From Candidatus Uhrbacteria bacterium (GTDB taxonomy: Bacteria; Patescibacteriota; Patescibacteriia; UBA9934; GWF2-40-263), in the NCBI GenBank assembly GCA_016206085.1, contig JACQSF010000022.1, positions 3,191-67,190 of the forward strand: 64,000 bases of DNA, given 5' to 3'. The translations under genes and the position numbers were made by a program. Every line of letters starts with the position of its first letter. Position 1 is the stretch's first letter. Below the pieces are notes generated by a model. That model saw only the letters and a program-made list of their open reading frames with translations. It was not told the origin of the DNA and searched no databases. Shown here one piece after another: positions 30,489 through 40,728 of this stretch.

Positions 30489-30995
30489 TTACATGCCATG
30501 ACACTCACGATACTTAGAACCTGAACCGCAAAAACAGTCGCGTATGTCTCGATCTTCGGCGGTCAGCCAGGAGCTCGACTGAACTTTCCCGCCCCGGCCG
30601 ACGCCGTACATGATTTCGATTCCAAGCTCCGCACACAGCTTGGCCTCGGGATTTTGGGACGAGTTCGGATCGAGTGCGTCCGTAAGATCGCGGTCACCGC
30701 CCTGCGCAAAAATATCCGGGCGAATTTCTCGAAGCTCGCGGCATACGCTGCGATCCTCAAATCCCGGCTCATGCGCTGTGAACACAACACGCGACACGCC
30801 ACGAATGGCCTCAATGATCTCCCGACGCTGGTCCTGTGGCATGAATACATAACCTTTCTTCTTCATGAGCCAGTTGTCGTTGTTAATAATCACGACAAGT
30901 TCGTCGCCAAACGCTGCCGCTTCCTGGATCATTCGAACATGTCCGACATGAATCGGATCAAAGCCTCCTGAAACGCACACAATTTTTTTAGTCAT
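30489..30995 (-). CDS. Cytidylyltransferase-family protein with C-terminal SEC-C motif
   Basis: GGFDPIHVGH, GGDR, SSS; terminal CFCGSGSKYRECHG. Confidence 0.8.
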   Translation of the reverse strand: MTKKIVCVSGGFDPIHVGHVRMIQEAAAFGDELVVIINNDNWLMKKKGYVFMPQDQRREIIEAIRGVSRVVFTAHEPGFEDRSVCRELREIRPDIFAQGGDRDLTDALDPNSSQNPEAKLCAELGIEIMYGVGRGGKVQSSSWLTAEDRDIRDCFCGSGSKYRECHGM

Positions 30996-31521
30996 ACCCT
31001 AGTGCCACCATGATAATAGCCATTGCGTAGGGTGTCACCCCAAATCCCACAAGGGCTCCAACAATGATATCAGAAAAAAAGTGGAGTCCAGCAGCCACGC
31101 GACCAAGGGCCACGATCAACGCCGCCCCAAGCATGTAGGGTAAAATGCTTGGGAAAAATAAGCTACACATCGCGGCCATCGAAAACGCAAACGTCGCATG
31201 AGCGCTGGGGAATGAGGCAGTTCGAACGAACGGCGCAATGAGAGGCTTTTGTTTAAGCTCCTCAAACGGTCGTTCACGATTCACAAATTTGGACAACAAC
31301 ATCGTCACACCCCAAGCTGGTAACAGAAAAACAAGCAGAAGCAATGTATACCGGTCGACGGTAAACGTGAGCGTTTCTTTATTCCAGGCCGTGGCCGCCA
31401 ACAAAACTCCAAGCATTAGCCAGACGATATGGGTGCCTGCGAGAATGGCTAGGTGTCGTCCGATCCAATGGGATCGCGCGAGATTAAAGAGGCCGTGGGA
31501 AAGTTTGTGGTCGATGTTCAT
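30988..31521 (-). CDS. PAP2-family phosphatase
   Basis: K..NRERP, SFPSAH, GRVAAGLHF.SD. Confidence 0.9.
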   Translation of the reverse strand: MNIDHKLSHGLFNLARSHWIGRHLAILAGTHIVWLMLGVLLAATAWNKETLTFTVDRYTLLLLVFLLPAWGVTMLLSKFVNRERPFEELKQKPLIAPFVRTASFPSAHATFAFSMAAMCSLFFPSILPYMLGAALIVALGRVAAGLHFFSDIIVGALVGFGVTPYAMAIIMVALGYD

Positions 31522-31532
31522 ACGCTCTAAAT

Positions 31533-31633
31533 AGGCTGTTGTGTGATGTGAAATTTTTTTGATGGTGGAGGGGAAGCTTCGTAAGGCTGACCCGGCTCCG
31601 CCAGCGAAAAAATTTCACATCACACAACAGCCT
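31533..31633. repeat. 101-bp element with perfect 27-bp terminal inverted repeats (MITE-like)
   Basis: aggctgttgtgtgatgtgaaatttttt (31533-31559) and its exact reverse complement (31607-31633). Confidence 0.8.
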
Positions 31634-32345
31634 TCTGTCGTAAGTCTTCGAGTGCGTTCTCCCGCCGCTTCATATCCTCAAGAATCGCATCGGCATTCTT
31701 GGGAGCTACGAAATTCTTGTTTTTGAACGCGCACAGATCACGTACCGGACAAGCCCAGCACCGAGGTTTGGCTATACAGATGTAGCGGCCGTGTTTTACG
31801 AAAACTTGATTGACCGCGTGTTTGTACTGGTCGGGAACAAGTTTGAGCAATGCCTCTTCCGTCTTCTGCGGCGACTTCGTCTTCACCCATCCTAACCGAT
31901 TTGTAACACGATGCACATGTGTGTCCACAGCGATGGCCGGTGTGTTGAAACTCGCAACAAGCACCACACTTGCCGTCTTGCGGCCAACTCCCGCAAGCTC
32001 AACAAGTTCCTCCATCGTATTCGGAATTTCACCCTTTCCACCTCTGCCCCCTTTCCCCCTCACCACCTGCTCTGCCATCTTCTTCAGATTCTTCGCCCTC
32101 TGCCGGTACATCCCGATCGTGTTAATTTTCGATTCGATTTGTTTTGTCGTCGCACCAGCAAGTTTCCCAACCGTCGGAAATGCCTTGAAAAATCCTGGCA
32201 TGAGCTTAAGCACCTGTTCATCACGCGTGCGCGCCGACAACATCACTCCCACCAAATTTTGATACGGATTCCCAATCTCCATCGCTCCTGGGTTGGGCCA
32301 ACGTTTTTTGAGCATCTTGAGAACCTTTGCGATCTGCTGGCGCAT
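31620..32345 (-). CDS. nth: Endonuclease III
   Basis: LSAR, L.GVGRKTA HhH, VDTHV, C..KP.C..CP...C Fe-S motif. Confidence 0.93.
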   Translation of the reverse strand: MRQQIAKVLKMLKKRWPNPGAMEIGNPYQNLVGVMLSARTRDEQVLKLMPGFFKAFPTVGKLAGATTKQIESKINTIGMYRQRAKNLKKMAEQVVRGKGGRGGKGEIPNTMEELVELAGVGRKTASVVLVASFNTPAIAVDTHVHRVTNRLGWVKTKSPQKTEEALLKLVPDQYKHAVNQVFVKHGRYICIAKPRCWACPVRDLCAFKNKNFVAPKNADAILEDMKRRENALEDLRQKAVV

Positions 32346-32346
32346 A

Positions 32347-33927
32347 CTACACAAGCACCTGTCCCGTCATCTCGGGTGGTTGCTCAATCCCCATCACCGC
32401 CAAAATAGTGGGAGCCACATCAGCAAGCATACCCACCGGAGACATGAGCGACAAATCCCCTTCTGGCACTTCGCCAGAAATCGAAGGTTGTCCTTCATAC
32501 TCCCTACCAATGATAAGAAATGGAACGGGGTTCGTTGCATGCTCCTTGTCTATTGCTCCGGTCCGCAAATTTTTCATCTCCTCAGCGTTCCCATGATCTG
32601 CCGTAATAAAAATGTGTCCTCCACGGGCAAGTGTTTCCTCAACAATTTTTCCGACACACTCGTCGACCGTCTCAACCCCCTTGATCGTCGCCGCAAGATC
32701 TCCCGTGTGTCCCACCATGTCGGGATTGGCAAAATTCATGGCGATAAAATCAAATTTGTTGTCTCGCATTTCCTTGATAACACGCTCGGTAATCTGCCAC
32801 GCACTCATCTCTGGCGCTTCGTTGTACGCCGCTACCTTCGGACTTGGAATAATGACACGCTCTTCTCCGGGGAACGGCTCTTCTTTTGTCCCGTTGAGGA
32901 AGAACGTCACGTGCGCATACTTTTCGGTTTCCGCAATGTGCAGCTGGGTAAGATGGTGTTCGGAAAGAATCTGTGCGAGCGTCTTTTCGATGACCTCTGG
33001 AGGAAACGCCACCTCGACAGGCAATCCTTTTTCATACTCAGCCATTGTGACGGGAAACAGATTGGCGACGGGTTTGCGCTCGAACTCATCAAAACTCGGA
33101 AGCACAAACGCCTTGCACAGCTCTCGCATGCGGTCAGGACGGAAGTTGAAAAAAATCGCGGCATCGTTGTCTTGCACGAGACCAACCGGCTGCCCATTCT
33201 CTACGATCACCGTGGGTTCAAACTCTTCGTCATAGACTTCCTTTTGATACGACGCCTTGATCACTTCTAGCGGATCCGTGGCCTGTGCGCCTTCCCCTGT
33301 GACCATCACCTGGTAGGCTTTTTGCGTGCGATCCCATCGATGATCTCGATCCATGGCGTAGTACCGACCAGACAGGGACGCAATTTTTCCGATCTTCATT
33401 TCTTTCATTTTCTTCGTGAGCGTCGCCACAAAATCGATTCCCGCGTTATACACCGTGTCACGACCATCAAGAATCGCCTGCACGAACACTTCCTTGATGC
33501 CCGCCTTCTTCGCGGCTTGAAGAAGAGCATGACAATGGGTATCCATGGAATGAACTCGCCCCTGCGAGACCATGCCGATGAGATGCAGCCGGCTCCCCTG
33601 TTGCTTCACATGCTCAAACGCATGCTGCAACGCTTCGTTGACCGCAAACTCCCCCGCTTCCATCGCCCGATTGATCCGTGGAAACATTTGATAATACACA
33701 CGGCCCGCGCCAATCGCCAAATGTCCGACTTCCGAATTCCCCATCTCCCCCCACGACAACCCGACCTCTTCTCCAGAGGCGCGCAAGGTCATAGTCGGAT
33801 ATGTTCGGACGAATCGATCATAGTTGGGTGTATTGGCACGCGCGATGGCATTTCCATCGCCATCCGGCGCCACGCCCCATCCATCGATGACAATCAAGAC
33901 CGTTGGTTTTTTCACCTTCTCAGACAT
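32347..33927 (-). CDS. gpmI: 2,3-bisphosphoglycerate-independent phosphoglycerate mutase
   Basis: IDGWG, MGNSEVGH, DGRD, AETEKYAHVT, PDMVGHTG, TADHGNAE. Confidence 0.97.
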   Translation of the reverse strand: MSEKVKKPTVLIVIDGWGVAPDGDGNAIARANTPNYDRFVRTYPTMTLRASGEEVGLSWGEMGNSEVGHLAIGAGRVYYQMFPRINRAMEAGEFAVNEALQHAFEHVKQQGSRLHLIGMVSQGRVHSMDTHCHALLQAAKKAGIKEVFVQAILDGRDTVYNAGIDFVATLTKKMKEMKIGKIASLSGRYYAMDRDHRWDRTQKAYQVMVTGEGAQATDPLEVIKASYQKEVYDEEFEPTVIVENGQPVGLVQDNDAAIFFNFRPDRMRELCKAFVLPSFDEFERKPVANLFPVTMAEYEKGLPVEVAFPPEVIEKTLAQILSEHHLTQLHIAETEKYAHVTFFLNGTKEEPFPGEERVIIPSPKVAAYNEAPEMSAWQITERVIKEMRDNKFDFIAMNFANPDMVGHTGDLAATIKGVETVDECVGKIVEETLARGGHIFITADHGNAEEMKNLRTGAIDKEHATNPVPFLIIGREYEGQPSISGEVPEGDLSLMSPVGMLADVAPTILAVMGIEQPPEMTGQVLV

Positions 33928-33964
33928 ATCTATTACCCACTGAGTGGGCATCTTATCGCTAAAA

Positions 33965-35248
33965 CTAGCTAATCTCCTCCTCGATCTCCATGAGACGATT
34001 ATATTTTGCCAAATGTTCCGAACCTGACAAGGAACCGATCTTGATGTAGTCGGCGTTCACCGCAACGGCAAGGTCGGCGATGGTTGTGTCTTCCGTCTCA
34101 CCTGAACGATGCGAAACACTGACCTTCCATCCATATTGTTTGGCGAGCATAATCGCATCGATGGATTCCGAGAGTGTCCCAATCTGGTTAACCTTGATAA
34201 GGATCGCGTTGCCCGCCTTCATCTCGATCGCTTTGGCGAGTCGACCAACATTGGTCACAAGAAAATCATCTCCCACGAGCGCGACTTTTTTGCCGAGTCG
34301 CTTGGTCATCTCAACCCATCCGTCCCAGTCATCCTGATCCAGTCCGTCCTCAAGGCTCTCGATCGGATACTTCTTGATCCATCGTTCCCACATCTGGATC
34401 ATCTGTTGGCTCGAGAGGGTCTTCCCTTCCACTTTCAAGTGATAGCACTTAGTCTTGTCGTCATAAAGTTCCGATACCGCGGGATCCATGGCCAGAAACA
34501 CATCCTTGCCTGGCGTGTACCCTGCCTTCTTGATGGCCACAATAATCAGTTTGAATGCCTCCTCGTTTGTTTTCAAAGAAACGGCATAGCCCCCCTCATC
34601 CCCCTTCAATGTCGAGTGGCCTTTTTGTTTGAGAAGCGTTCCCAGTTCGTGAAAAATCTCTGCCCCCGCTCGCACTCGTTCACGAAACGTGCGTTGCTTG
34701 GGCACGATCATAAACTCCTGAAAGTCCAGAATCCAACCAGCATGAGCGCCACCGTTGAGGACGTTCATGGTGGGAATGGGAAGCTTGTAGGTCGTAGGTT
34801 GTAGGTTGTAGACCCATCGGATGTAGGCGTACAACGTCATCTTCTTTGCTCGTGCTGCGACATGCGCGCAGGCAAGACTCACACCGAGAATCGCATTGGC
34901 TCCAAGATTGGATTTATTCATCGTCCCGTCCAGTTCCATCATGGCGGCATCAATGTCGCGCTGACGGGTCACGTTCATCCCGATAAGGAGCGGCGCAATC
35001 TTCTTGTGCACATGTGCGATCGCTTTAAGAACTCCCATGCCGTGATAGCGCGTTTTGCCTTCCCCCCGAAGCCTTGGCGAACGGGGATCCCCATCGCGAA
35101 GTTCATATGCCTCGTGGTCACCCGTGCTGATTCCGCTTGGCACGGACGCAGAACCAGAGAGTCCATTTTTCAACAGAACCGTCACATTGAGTGTCGGGTT
35201 ACCGCGGGAATCAAGAATTTCGTGTGCGTGGATGGATTCGATGGTCAT
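33965..35248 (-). CDS. eno: Enolase
   Basis: DSRGNPT, LGANAILGVS, GDEGG, ILIKVNQIG, SHRSGETED. Confidence 0.96.
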   Translation of the reverse strand: MTIESIHAHEILDSRGNPTLNVTVLLKNGLSGSASVPSGISTGDHEAYELRDGDPRSPRLRGEGKTRYHGMGVLKAIAHVHKKIAPLLIGMNVTRQRDIDAAMMELDGTMNKSNLGANAILGVSLACAHVAARAKKMTLYAYIRWVYNLQPTTYKLPIPTMNVLNGGAHAGWILDFQEFMIVPKQRTFRERVRAGAEIFHELGTLLKQKGHSTLKGDEGGYAVSLKTNEEAFKLIIVAIKKAGYTPGKDVFLAMDPAVSELYDDKTKCYHLKVEGKTLSSQQMIQMWERWIKKYPIESLEDGLDQDDWDGWVEMTKRLGKKVALVGDDFLVTNVGRLAKAIEMKAGNAILIKVNQIGTLSESIDAIMLAKQYGWKVSVSHRSGETEDTTIADLAVAVNADYIKIGSLSGSEHLAKYNRLMEIEEEIS

Positions 35249-35271
35249 AGGTCGTATTGGTCCTATCGGAC

Positions 35272-36456
35272 CTATAATTTCAACGCTTCAATTCCAGGCA
35301 ACGATTCCCCTGATAAAAACTGTAACAGCGCGCCACCGCCCGTTGAGAGCAATGTGAATGTATCAGCCAAATGAAGGGACTCAATCACCGGGAGCGTATC
35401 ACCCCCGCCGACGATTGTGGTCGCCTTTCCGGTTTGCGCCGCGATCGCGCGCGCGATCTCTTGTGTCCCTGCACAAAACTCGGCAATCTCGCAGTATCCG
35501 AGGGGACCATTCCAAAGAATCATCTTGCTCCCTTCAAGCGTTCGAGTAAATAGCTTTCGCGTCTGTGGACCAAGATCCACGATCCTGTCGTTTACCCCAA
35601 TTTCGTCAACGTTTTTCACCTCTTGCTTGGCATCACGTCTGAGTGAATGGACACAGACGACATCAGAAGGAAGAAGAATTTTTTTTGCGTACTTCTTTAA
35701 CAATCGTTTTGCTGAATCAACGGATTCTTCTTCATAAACCGACTTTCCAACCCTCTTCCCTTGGGAGACCAGAAACACGTTTGCAAGGGCTCCTCCCACC
35801 ACCAGACGATCGAGTTGCGGCAAGAACCGCTCGATGATCGGGAACTTTGTGGACATCTTCAGACCGCCAAGCACAAGCACAAACGGACGTTTCACACGCT
35901 CCTCGAGTTTCGCCAAGACGGAAATCTCCGTGGCGAGGAGCGGTCCCGCATAGGATGGCAAGAAGCTCGTGATCGCATCGACGGAGGCATGGGCACGATG
36001 GGAAACCGCGAAGGCATCATTCACATAGAGATCACCCAACTTCGCGAGCGCCTCCGCCAATGAGGGCGCATTCTCTTCCTCACGCTGGTCGAACCGCAAA
36101 TTTTCTAAGAAAATCACATCGCCGTTTCCCATGTTCTCGACTAGCTTTTCTACGTCCTTGCCCACGACCGAACGCGCGACCGCGACCGGCATGCCCAATA
36201 ACCCTGAAAGACGTTTTGCAACGGGCTTCACCGAGTACGCCCAAATTCGTCGTCCCTGTGGACGACCCACGTGTGTCATCACGATCACTTTTGCCCCGCG
36301 CTGCGACAGCCAATTCACATCCACGGCCGAACGGGCGATGCGGCCATGTGGTCCGTCCACGGCGCGTCCTTTCTCAATCGGAACATTTCCATCAATACGA
36401 ATGAGAACGCGCTTTCCCTTCAGGTTCATCGATTGTCCGAGTCTGCGAAGCTTCAT
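35272..36456 (-). CDS. pgk: Phosphoglycerate kinase
   Basis: LENLRF, VNDAF..HRAHAS, WNGP.G, GGGDT, STGGGA. Confidence 0.96.
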   Translation of the reverse strand: MKLRRLGQSMNLKGKRVLIRIDGNVPIEKGRAVDGPHGRIARSAVDVNWLSQRGAKVIVMTHVGRPQGRRIWAYSVKPVAKRLSGLLGMPVAVARSVVGKDVEKLVENMGNGDVIFLENLRFDQREEENAPSLAEALAKLGDLYVNDAFAVSHRAHASVDAITSFLPSYAGPLLATEISVLAKLEERVKRPFVLVLGGLKMSTKFPIIERFLPQLDRLVVGGALANVFLVSQGKRVGKSVYEEESVDSAKRLLKKYAKKILLPSDVVCVHSLRRDAKQEVKNVDEIGVNDRIVDLGPQTRKLFTRTLEGSKMILWNGPLGYCEIAEFCAGTQEIARAIAAQTGKATTIVGGGDTLPVIESLHLADTFTLLSTGGGALLQFLSGESLPGIEALKL

Positions 36457-36462
36457 ACCCGT

Positions 36463-36963
36463 CTATCCAAAAAAAATCTTCACCCACGTTGTACGATGAT
36501 CCAGCCGTCGTTCAACAAGAGCATCCAAGCCCCAGACGTGACCAAACCCCCCGAATAGAAAAAACAGAAGAACCGATGCATACATGAGGTGTTCATCAAT
36601 GAGGCCGTACGCGGTATTCCCGACAAAATCTGCGAAGTAATAGAGACCCATCAGGATGATACCAAAAAAGGATGCCGTGCGAACTAAAAGCCCCAGGATC
36701 AGAGCCACACCGATGAGCGTGAGCCCCCACATGTTTAGGAAGTCAACAACACTGCTTCCGGCCAGACTCTGAAACCAACTGGCGAACGGCCCAGTGGCGT
36801 TTTGTAAAAATCCCGCGGCGCTCCAAGCATCCGTTGTCAGCTTTGACAAACCAGAAAAGAAAAAAAGGAAACCAAGAAGGAGGCGCAACAAAACAGCACC
36901 AACCGGAGCGAAGCCCTGGTAGGATCCTTGTGCAAATGCATCAAAGGCTGTCGATTTTCTCAT
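36463..36963 (-). CDS. DoxX-family membrane protein
   Basis: LRLLLG.LF..SG..KL, G.ALILGL.VR.A, WGLD. Confidence 0.8.
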   Translation of the reverse strand: MRKSTAFDAFAQGSYQGFAPVGAVLLRLLLGFLFFFSGLSKLTTDAWSAAGFLQNATGPFASWFQSLAGSSVVDFLNMWGLTLIGVALILGLLVRTASFFGIILMGLYYFADFVGNTAYGLIDEHLMYASVLLFFLFGGFGHVWGLDALVERRLDHRTTWVKIFFG

Positions 36964-37969
36964 AGTAAAGTTTACCAACGTGTACAGCCATATCGACCAG
37001 GCGCTGGGTGTATCCCCATTCGTTGTCATACCAGGCAAGGACTTTGACGAGATCCCCGTCGACGACGCGGGTGAGATCCAAGTCTACAACGGATCCAAAA
37101 GATGAACCGATAAAATCTGATGAAACAAGCGGCTCTTCGGTGACTCCCAAAATTCCCTTCCATCGTGACGACTTCGCCGCGGCTTTGAATATCTTGTTGA
37201 TCTCTTCCACACTCGTGTTGCGTTTCATGAGAAACGTAAAGTCAGTAAGCGAGACATCCAGACAAGGCACACGCACCGAGATGCCATCGAACTTGTCTTC
37301 CAGACTGGTTACAACTTTTGTCGTTGCTTTGGCGGCACCTGTTGAAGTCGGAATCATGTTGACCATGGCAGAACGTCCGATGCGCAAGTCATCTTTCTTG
37401 CTAGGAAGTCCGTCCACGAGATTCTCGCTAGCCGTCACCGAATGAATGGTCGTGAGCATGGCCTTCTTCACACCGATCTGCTCTTCAAGAATCTGTGCAA
37501 CCGGTGCCGCAGAGTTAGTCGTGCACGAGGCGTTGTTGACCACGTCGTGAGATTTTTTGCAAAGGTGATGGTTGACGCCCATGAGGAATGTCGGCGCATC
37601 ATCCGAGGGAGCGGAGATCACAACCTTTTTTGCTCCCGCCTCAATATGCTTTCGTGCATCAGCTTCCTTGCGAAAAAATCCGGTCGACTCAATCACGACA
37701 TCCACTTTGAGTGCCTTCCAGGGAAGAGCGCTCGGATCTTTCTGTGCAAAGACCGGAATCTTCACCCCGTCGACTTCAATAAAATCCTTCCCAGCCTTCA
37801 CGGACTTGCTCCACGTACGAAACACGGAGTCATGTTTTAACAGATACGAAAGCGTAGCAGGATCCGTAAGGTCGTTGATGGCGACGACCTGAATCCCCTT
37901 GCGCTCACTTGCCGCGCGTAAGGTTGTGCGCCCAATCCGACCAAAACCATTGATAGCGATTCGAAGCAT
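36941..37969 (-). CDS. gap: Type I glyceraldehyde-3-phosphate dehydrogenase
   Basis: INGFGRIGR, NASCTTN, PTSTGAAKA, WYDNEWGY. Confidence 0.97.
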   Translation of the reverse strand: MLRIAINGFGRIGRTTLRAASERKGIQVVAINDLTDPATLSYLLKHDSVFRTWSKSVKAGKDFIEVDGVKIPVFAQKDPSALPWKALKVDVVIESTGFFRKEADARKHIEAGAKKVVISAPSDDAPTFLMGVNHHLCKKSHDVVNNASCTTNSAAPVAQILEEQIGVKKAMLTTIHSVTASENLVDGLPSKKDDLRIGRSAMVNMIPTSTGAAKATTKVVTSLEDKFDGISVRVPCLDVSLTDFTFLMKRNTSVEEINKIFKAAAKSSRWKGILGVTEEPLVSSDFIGSSFGSVVDLDLTRVVDGDLVKVLAWYDNEWGYTQRLVDMAVHVGKLYYEKIDSL

Positions 37970-38047
37970 ACATGTGGATATAAATGATGTGACGATTTTA
38001 TCACTATTATACTGAAACCAAAAACAGGGCCTGTGCCCTGTTTTGTC

Positions 38048-38635
38048 TTAAATACTGAATCTCGCAAATCGACGAACCTGCATGTTCTCTCCTAAAGAAG
38101 CAATCTTACTCTTCACGAACTCCTCAATCGTCTGATCCTCGTCCTTGATAAAGGACTGCTCCATCAGGACGATCTCTGAATACCATTTGCTAAGTTTCCC
38201 GTCGACGATCTTGGCAATCACATCCGCCGGCTTCCCGGCTCCTTCCATCTCTGCGGTATAGATCGCGCGTTCCTTCTCAACCATCTCCATCGGGACATCC
38301 GCACGTGTCAGGTACAGAGGATCTAGCGCGCTCACGTGCAACGCAAGGTCATGACAAAATTCAATGAACGCTTCATTGCGCGCGACGAAGTCCGTCTCAC
38401 ACAACACTTCCACCATGGCGCCAAGTTTTCCATTCGAGTGGATATACGCATGAACCCGCCCTTCCTTCGTTTCACGGTCGGCTTTCTTCGCCGCCTTGGC
38501 GATTCCCTTCTCACGCAGATATTGGCCCGCTTTTTCTAAATCTCCACCCATTTCCTCAAGCGCTTTCTTGGCGTCCATCATGCCGGCTCCGGTCATGGAA
38601 CGAAGTTCGGCAACAATTTTTGCGTCGATGCTCAT
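38048..38635 (-). CDS. tsf: Elongation factor Ts (short form)
   Basis: LR..TGAGMMDAKKAL, CETDFVARN. Confidence 0.96.
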   Translation of the reverse strand: MSIDAKIVAELRSMTGAGMMDAKKALEEMGGDLEKAGQYLREKGIAKAAKKADRETKEGRVHAYIHSNGKLGAMVEVLCETDFVARNEAFIEFCHDLALHVSALDPLYLTRADVPMEMVEKERAIYTAEMEGAGKPADVIAKIVDGKLSKWYSEIVLMEQSFIKDEDQTIEEFVKSKIASLGENMQVRRFARFSI

Positions 38636-38656
38636 AGGTCAAAGAGCGATTAGTGA

Positions 38657-39406
38657 TTAAACGTCAGCGACTTCCTTCTGAACCGTTGTTTTGACTCGCG
38701 TATCCACGGCAATCTTTTCGGAAGTAGCTTTGCCATCCTTAATCGCATCACAGGCAAGCTTACAGACAAGTTCGATGGATTTCACGGCATCGTCATTTCC
38801 TGGAATGACCTTTGTGATCCCTTCTGGGTTCACGTTGGTGTCACACAGGGCGACCACTGGAATTCCTGTCACTATCGATTCCTGTACGGCGGTCTTTTCG
38901 GTCTTTACGTCAATGACGAAGATGGCATCTGGAATACGCGTGAGGTTTTCAATCCCACCGAACTTCTCTTCCATCTCTTCAATCTCGCGAGAGATCATGA
39001 GCTGTTCTTTCTTGGTGTACTTGCGGAGTTCTCCTTTGTCGCGCTGATCTTTAAGCATCTTCATGCGCTTGAGGGTCTGCTTGATCTGCACAAAATTCGT
39101 AAGCGTTCCTCCGAGCCAACGGTTCTGCACATACGGCATGCCACACGCCTGTGCATATTTCTTGATCGGAGCCTGGGCTTGAAGCTTAGTGCCCACAAAC
39201 AAAATAACACCGCCACGGGAGGCAATGCCTTTGAGGGTCTCAAGGGCGGACTCAAGATATTCTTGGGTCTTCTCAAGGTTAATAATGTGGACGCCCTGGC
39301 GGGTGCCAAAAATGAAGGGCTTCATCTTTGGGTGCCAGCGGCTCGTGGTGTGGCCATAGTGCATGCCGGATTTCAGCATGTCGACCAATGAGGGCATTGT
39401 AGCCAT
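38657..39406 (-). CDS. rpsB: 30S ribosomal protein S2
   Basis: G.HYGH...WHPKM, RWLGGTLTN, DTN, IPGNDD. Confidence 0.98.
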   Translation of the reverse strand: MATMPSLVDMLKSGMHYGHTTSRWHPKMKPFIFGTRQGVHIINLEKTQEYLESALETLKGIASRGGVILFVGTKLQAQAPIKKYAQACGMPYVQNRWLGGTLTNFVQIKQTLKRMKMLKDQRDKGELRKYTKKEQLMISREIEEMEEKFGGIENLTRIPDAIFVIDVKTEKTAVQESIVTGIPVVALCDTNVNPEGITKVIPGNDDAVKSIELVCKLACDAIKDGKATSEKIAVDTRVKTTVQKEVADV

Positions 39407-39487
39407 AGAATGTTTCCTTTTTTACCCTTCCGAAGCTCAACAGAGCGAAGGAGGGCTACGTCGGTGGCGATCTCCAGACCCTAGAAT

Positions 39488-40624
39488 CTAGGGAGGAACT
39501 GGATGATCGTTGTCTTCCACCTGGTTGGTTGAATTACGTGCGGAAGTATAAACAATCCTCTTGTTTTCGTCAATATTTCTTATCGAAATAAACATCGCGT
39601 CACCAAAGGAGAAGAAGCGGTAGTGCTCGCGGATGGCTTCTTGGTATGCGGAAAAAATGTGTTCGCGAGTGGCGAAGGCACTGACCAAAACCAGCAACGT
39701 CGACTTGGGAAGGTGAAAGTTTGTGATGAGCGCGTCGACAACCTTGAACTCGAAGCCTGGGGTGATGAAGAGATTGACATCACCTGTAAACGGTTCGATG
39801 TGGCCATGATGAAGCGCGGCGACTCCCTCCAACGTCCGCACTGTCGTCGTCCCAACCGCGATCACGCGACGACCTTCTTGTTTGGCACGGTTGATGGCTT
39901 GGGTCGTGTTCGAATCAATCGTCACGAACTCGCGGTGCATCTCATGCGCCTCGAGCGTCTCGCTCTTCATTGGACGAAAGGTCCCTAAGCCCACGTGCAG
40001 CGTAACGTAGTGAATCTCAACTCCCTTAGCGCGGATCTTTTCGAGAAGCTCTTGCGTGAAATGAAATCCAGCTGTGGGCGCGGCGACTGATCCCGTTTCT
40101 TGCGCGTACACCGTTTGGTATTGCTCGAGTGTTTTAGGTGTTTCATAAACATATGGAGGAATGGGAATCTGACCATGCGCGTTCGCGTAGTCGAGTACGA
40201 TTTTGTCCGATTGGACAAAATTGATCGTCACGATATCCGATTTTGAAATAACCTTCCCTTCGAGTTCTCCCGCATGAATCGTGTCACCCACGTGAATATG
40301 ACGACCTGGTTTCACAAGCGCCTCCCACATACCGTTACGAGGCCGCAGAAGAAACAACTCAATCGAGGGATTGCTTCGCTGCGCTCGCAATGACACAGAC
40401 TGAACAGTCGCTTCCAGTCGCGCGCGGAAGACCTTTGTGTTATTCATGACCAAGGCATCGCCGGGGTGTAACTCATCGACGATTTCATAAAACCGCTTGT
40501 GCTGTCGTTCTCCTGTTTTGCGACCCACCACCATCAACCTCGAGTGATCTCGGGGTTCCACGGAGTGCTGAGCGATCAGTTCCTGCGGCAAGTCGTAGTC
40601 AAAGAGGGATACCGGTGTGGCCAT
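39488..40624 (-). CDS. queA: S-adenosylmethionine:tRNA ribosyltransferase-isomerase
   Basis: FDYDLP.ELIAQ, YQTVYA, GSVAAPTAG.HF, TLHVG.GTF, TNFHLP.STL, FSFGDAM. Confidence 0.96.
   Translation of the reverse strand: MATPVSLFDYDLPQELIAQHSVEPRDHSRLMVVGRKTGERQHKRFYEIVDELHPGDALVMNNTKVFRARLEATVQSVSLRAQRSNPSIELFLLRPRNGMWEALVKPGRHIHVGDTIHAGELEGKVISKSDIVTINFVQSDKIVLDYANAHGQIPIPPYVYETPKTLEQYQTVYAQETGSVAAPTAGFHFTQELLEKIRAKGVEIHYVTLHVGLGTFRPMKSETLEAHEMHREFVTIDSNTTQAINRAKQEGRRVIAVGTTTVRTLEGVAALHHGHIEPFTGDVNLFITPGFEFKVVDALITNFHLPKSTLLVLVSAFATREHIFSAYQEAIREHYRFFSFGDAMFISIRNIDENKRIVYTSARNSTNQVEDNDHPVPP
39545..39573 (-). promoter_or_regulatory. Putative rpsB-tsf sigma70 promoter inside the queA 3' tail
   Basis: Minus strand TTGACG-N17-TATACT. 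Confidence 0.6.
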
Positions 40625-40728
40625 AGTTCCCCTATCATGCGCGAGCCTGGAAAGATTGACAAATACTGGGGCCGTTGCTATTCTTTCGCCGACAAATCTA
40701 ATAGCACGTATACAAAGCGTGCCACCCT

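Noticed and set aside
39488..39590. QueA C-terminal extension as a new domain
   Set aside because: More simply explained by a lost stop codon reading through the rpsB promoter region.
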